Shown one piece after another: positions 56,090 through 56,295 of a stretch of DNA of 56,295 nt (within the stretch, counting starts at the first letter, position 1; each line of letters opens with the position of its first letter). Origin of the DNA: a virus (Duplodnaviria; Caudoviricetes); the IMG/VR virus record IMGVR_UViG_3300020196_000044, positions 1 to 56,295 of that record; one strand, 5' to 3'. Below the pieces are notes generated by a model, which was given only the letters and a program-made list of their open reading frames with translations, was not told where the DNA came from and did not search any database. The position numbers were made by a program, and so were the translations under genes.

Positions 56090-56295
56090 ATGAATAATGA
56101 TATGCCCTGGGTTGATCTCACACAAGAAGAGATCGATCAACTTCGTCAACAAAAACAACACCTCACAGAATATGGACAACAGAAACTACGAGAACGCATT
56201 ACTGCCAACATGGATGGTGGTGTCGGTGGATCATGGAAGGTACACAAAATGAGTCGATTTGAAAAGAATCCAGACGAAATTGTGCTGGAAGATGT
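56090..56295 (+). CDS. Partial hypothetical protein running off the window
   Basis: GAGGA RBS; open frame MNNDMPWVDLTQEEI... to the window end. Confidence 0.55.
   Translation, partial: MNNDMPWVDLTQEEIDQLRQQKQHLTEYGQQKLRERITANMDGGVGGSWKVHKMSRFEKNPDEIVLED

Overview
A 56.3-kb fragment of a T4-like cyanophage (cyanomyovirus, Kyanoviridae-like), AT-rich and densely coding. In order: (1) 1-6.2 kb metabolism/replication block (end of a beta-barrel protein, glutaredoxin, thyX, FmdB-like, phoH, exonuclease, gp33, gp59, gp32). (2) 6.2-19.6 kb baseplate/tail module (gp53, gp48, gp2, gp4 on the minus strand, then gp54-like, gp26, gp51, two tape-measure-like proteins with M23 peptidase and lysozyme domains, a gp27-like hub, cp12 and a two-gene gp5). 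(3) 19.6-24.4 kb four tRNAs and many small ORFs. (4) 24.4-52.3 kb a late-expressed cassette of seven giant fiber/adhesin-like proteins. (5) 52.4-56.3 kb early-type small genes with an EndoVII-like nuclease. Best leads: a canonical -1 slippery site that would fuse gp26 to a start-less gp51 frame just before the tape-measure genes (a lambda G/GT-like arrangement); two protein genes that end on the U8-A9-G10 of the following tRNA; sigma70 -35 boxes repeatedly embedded in hairpins; and the giant paralogous cassette with LRR, dockerin-like, PA14-like, beta-helix and glycine-rich domains. All family calls come from motifs and gene order read by eye, not from database searches.
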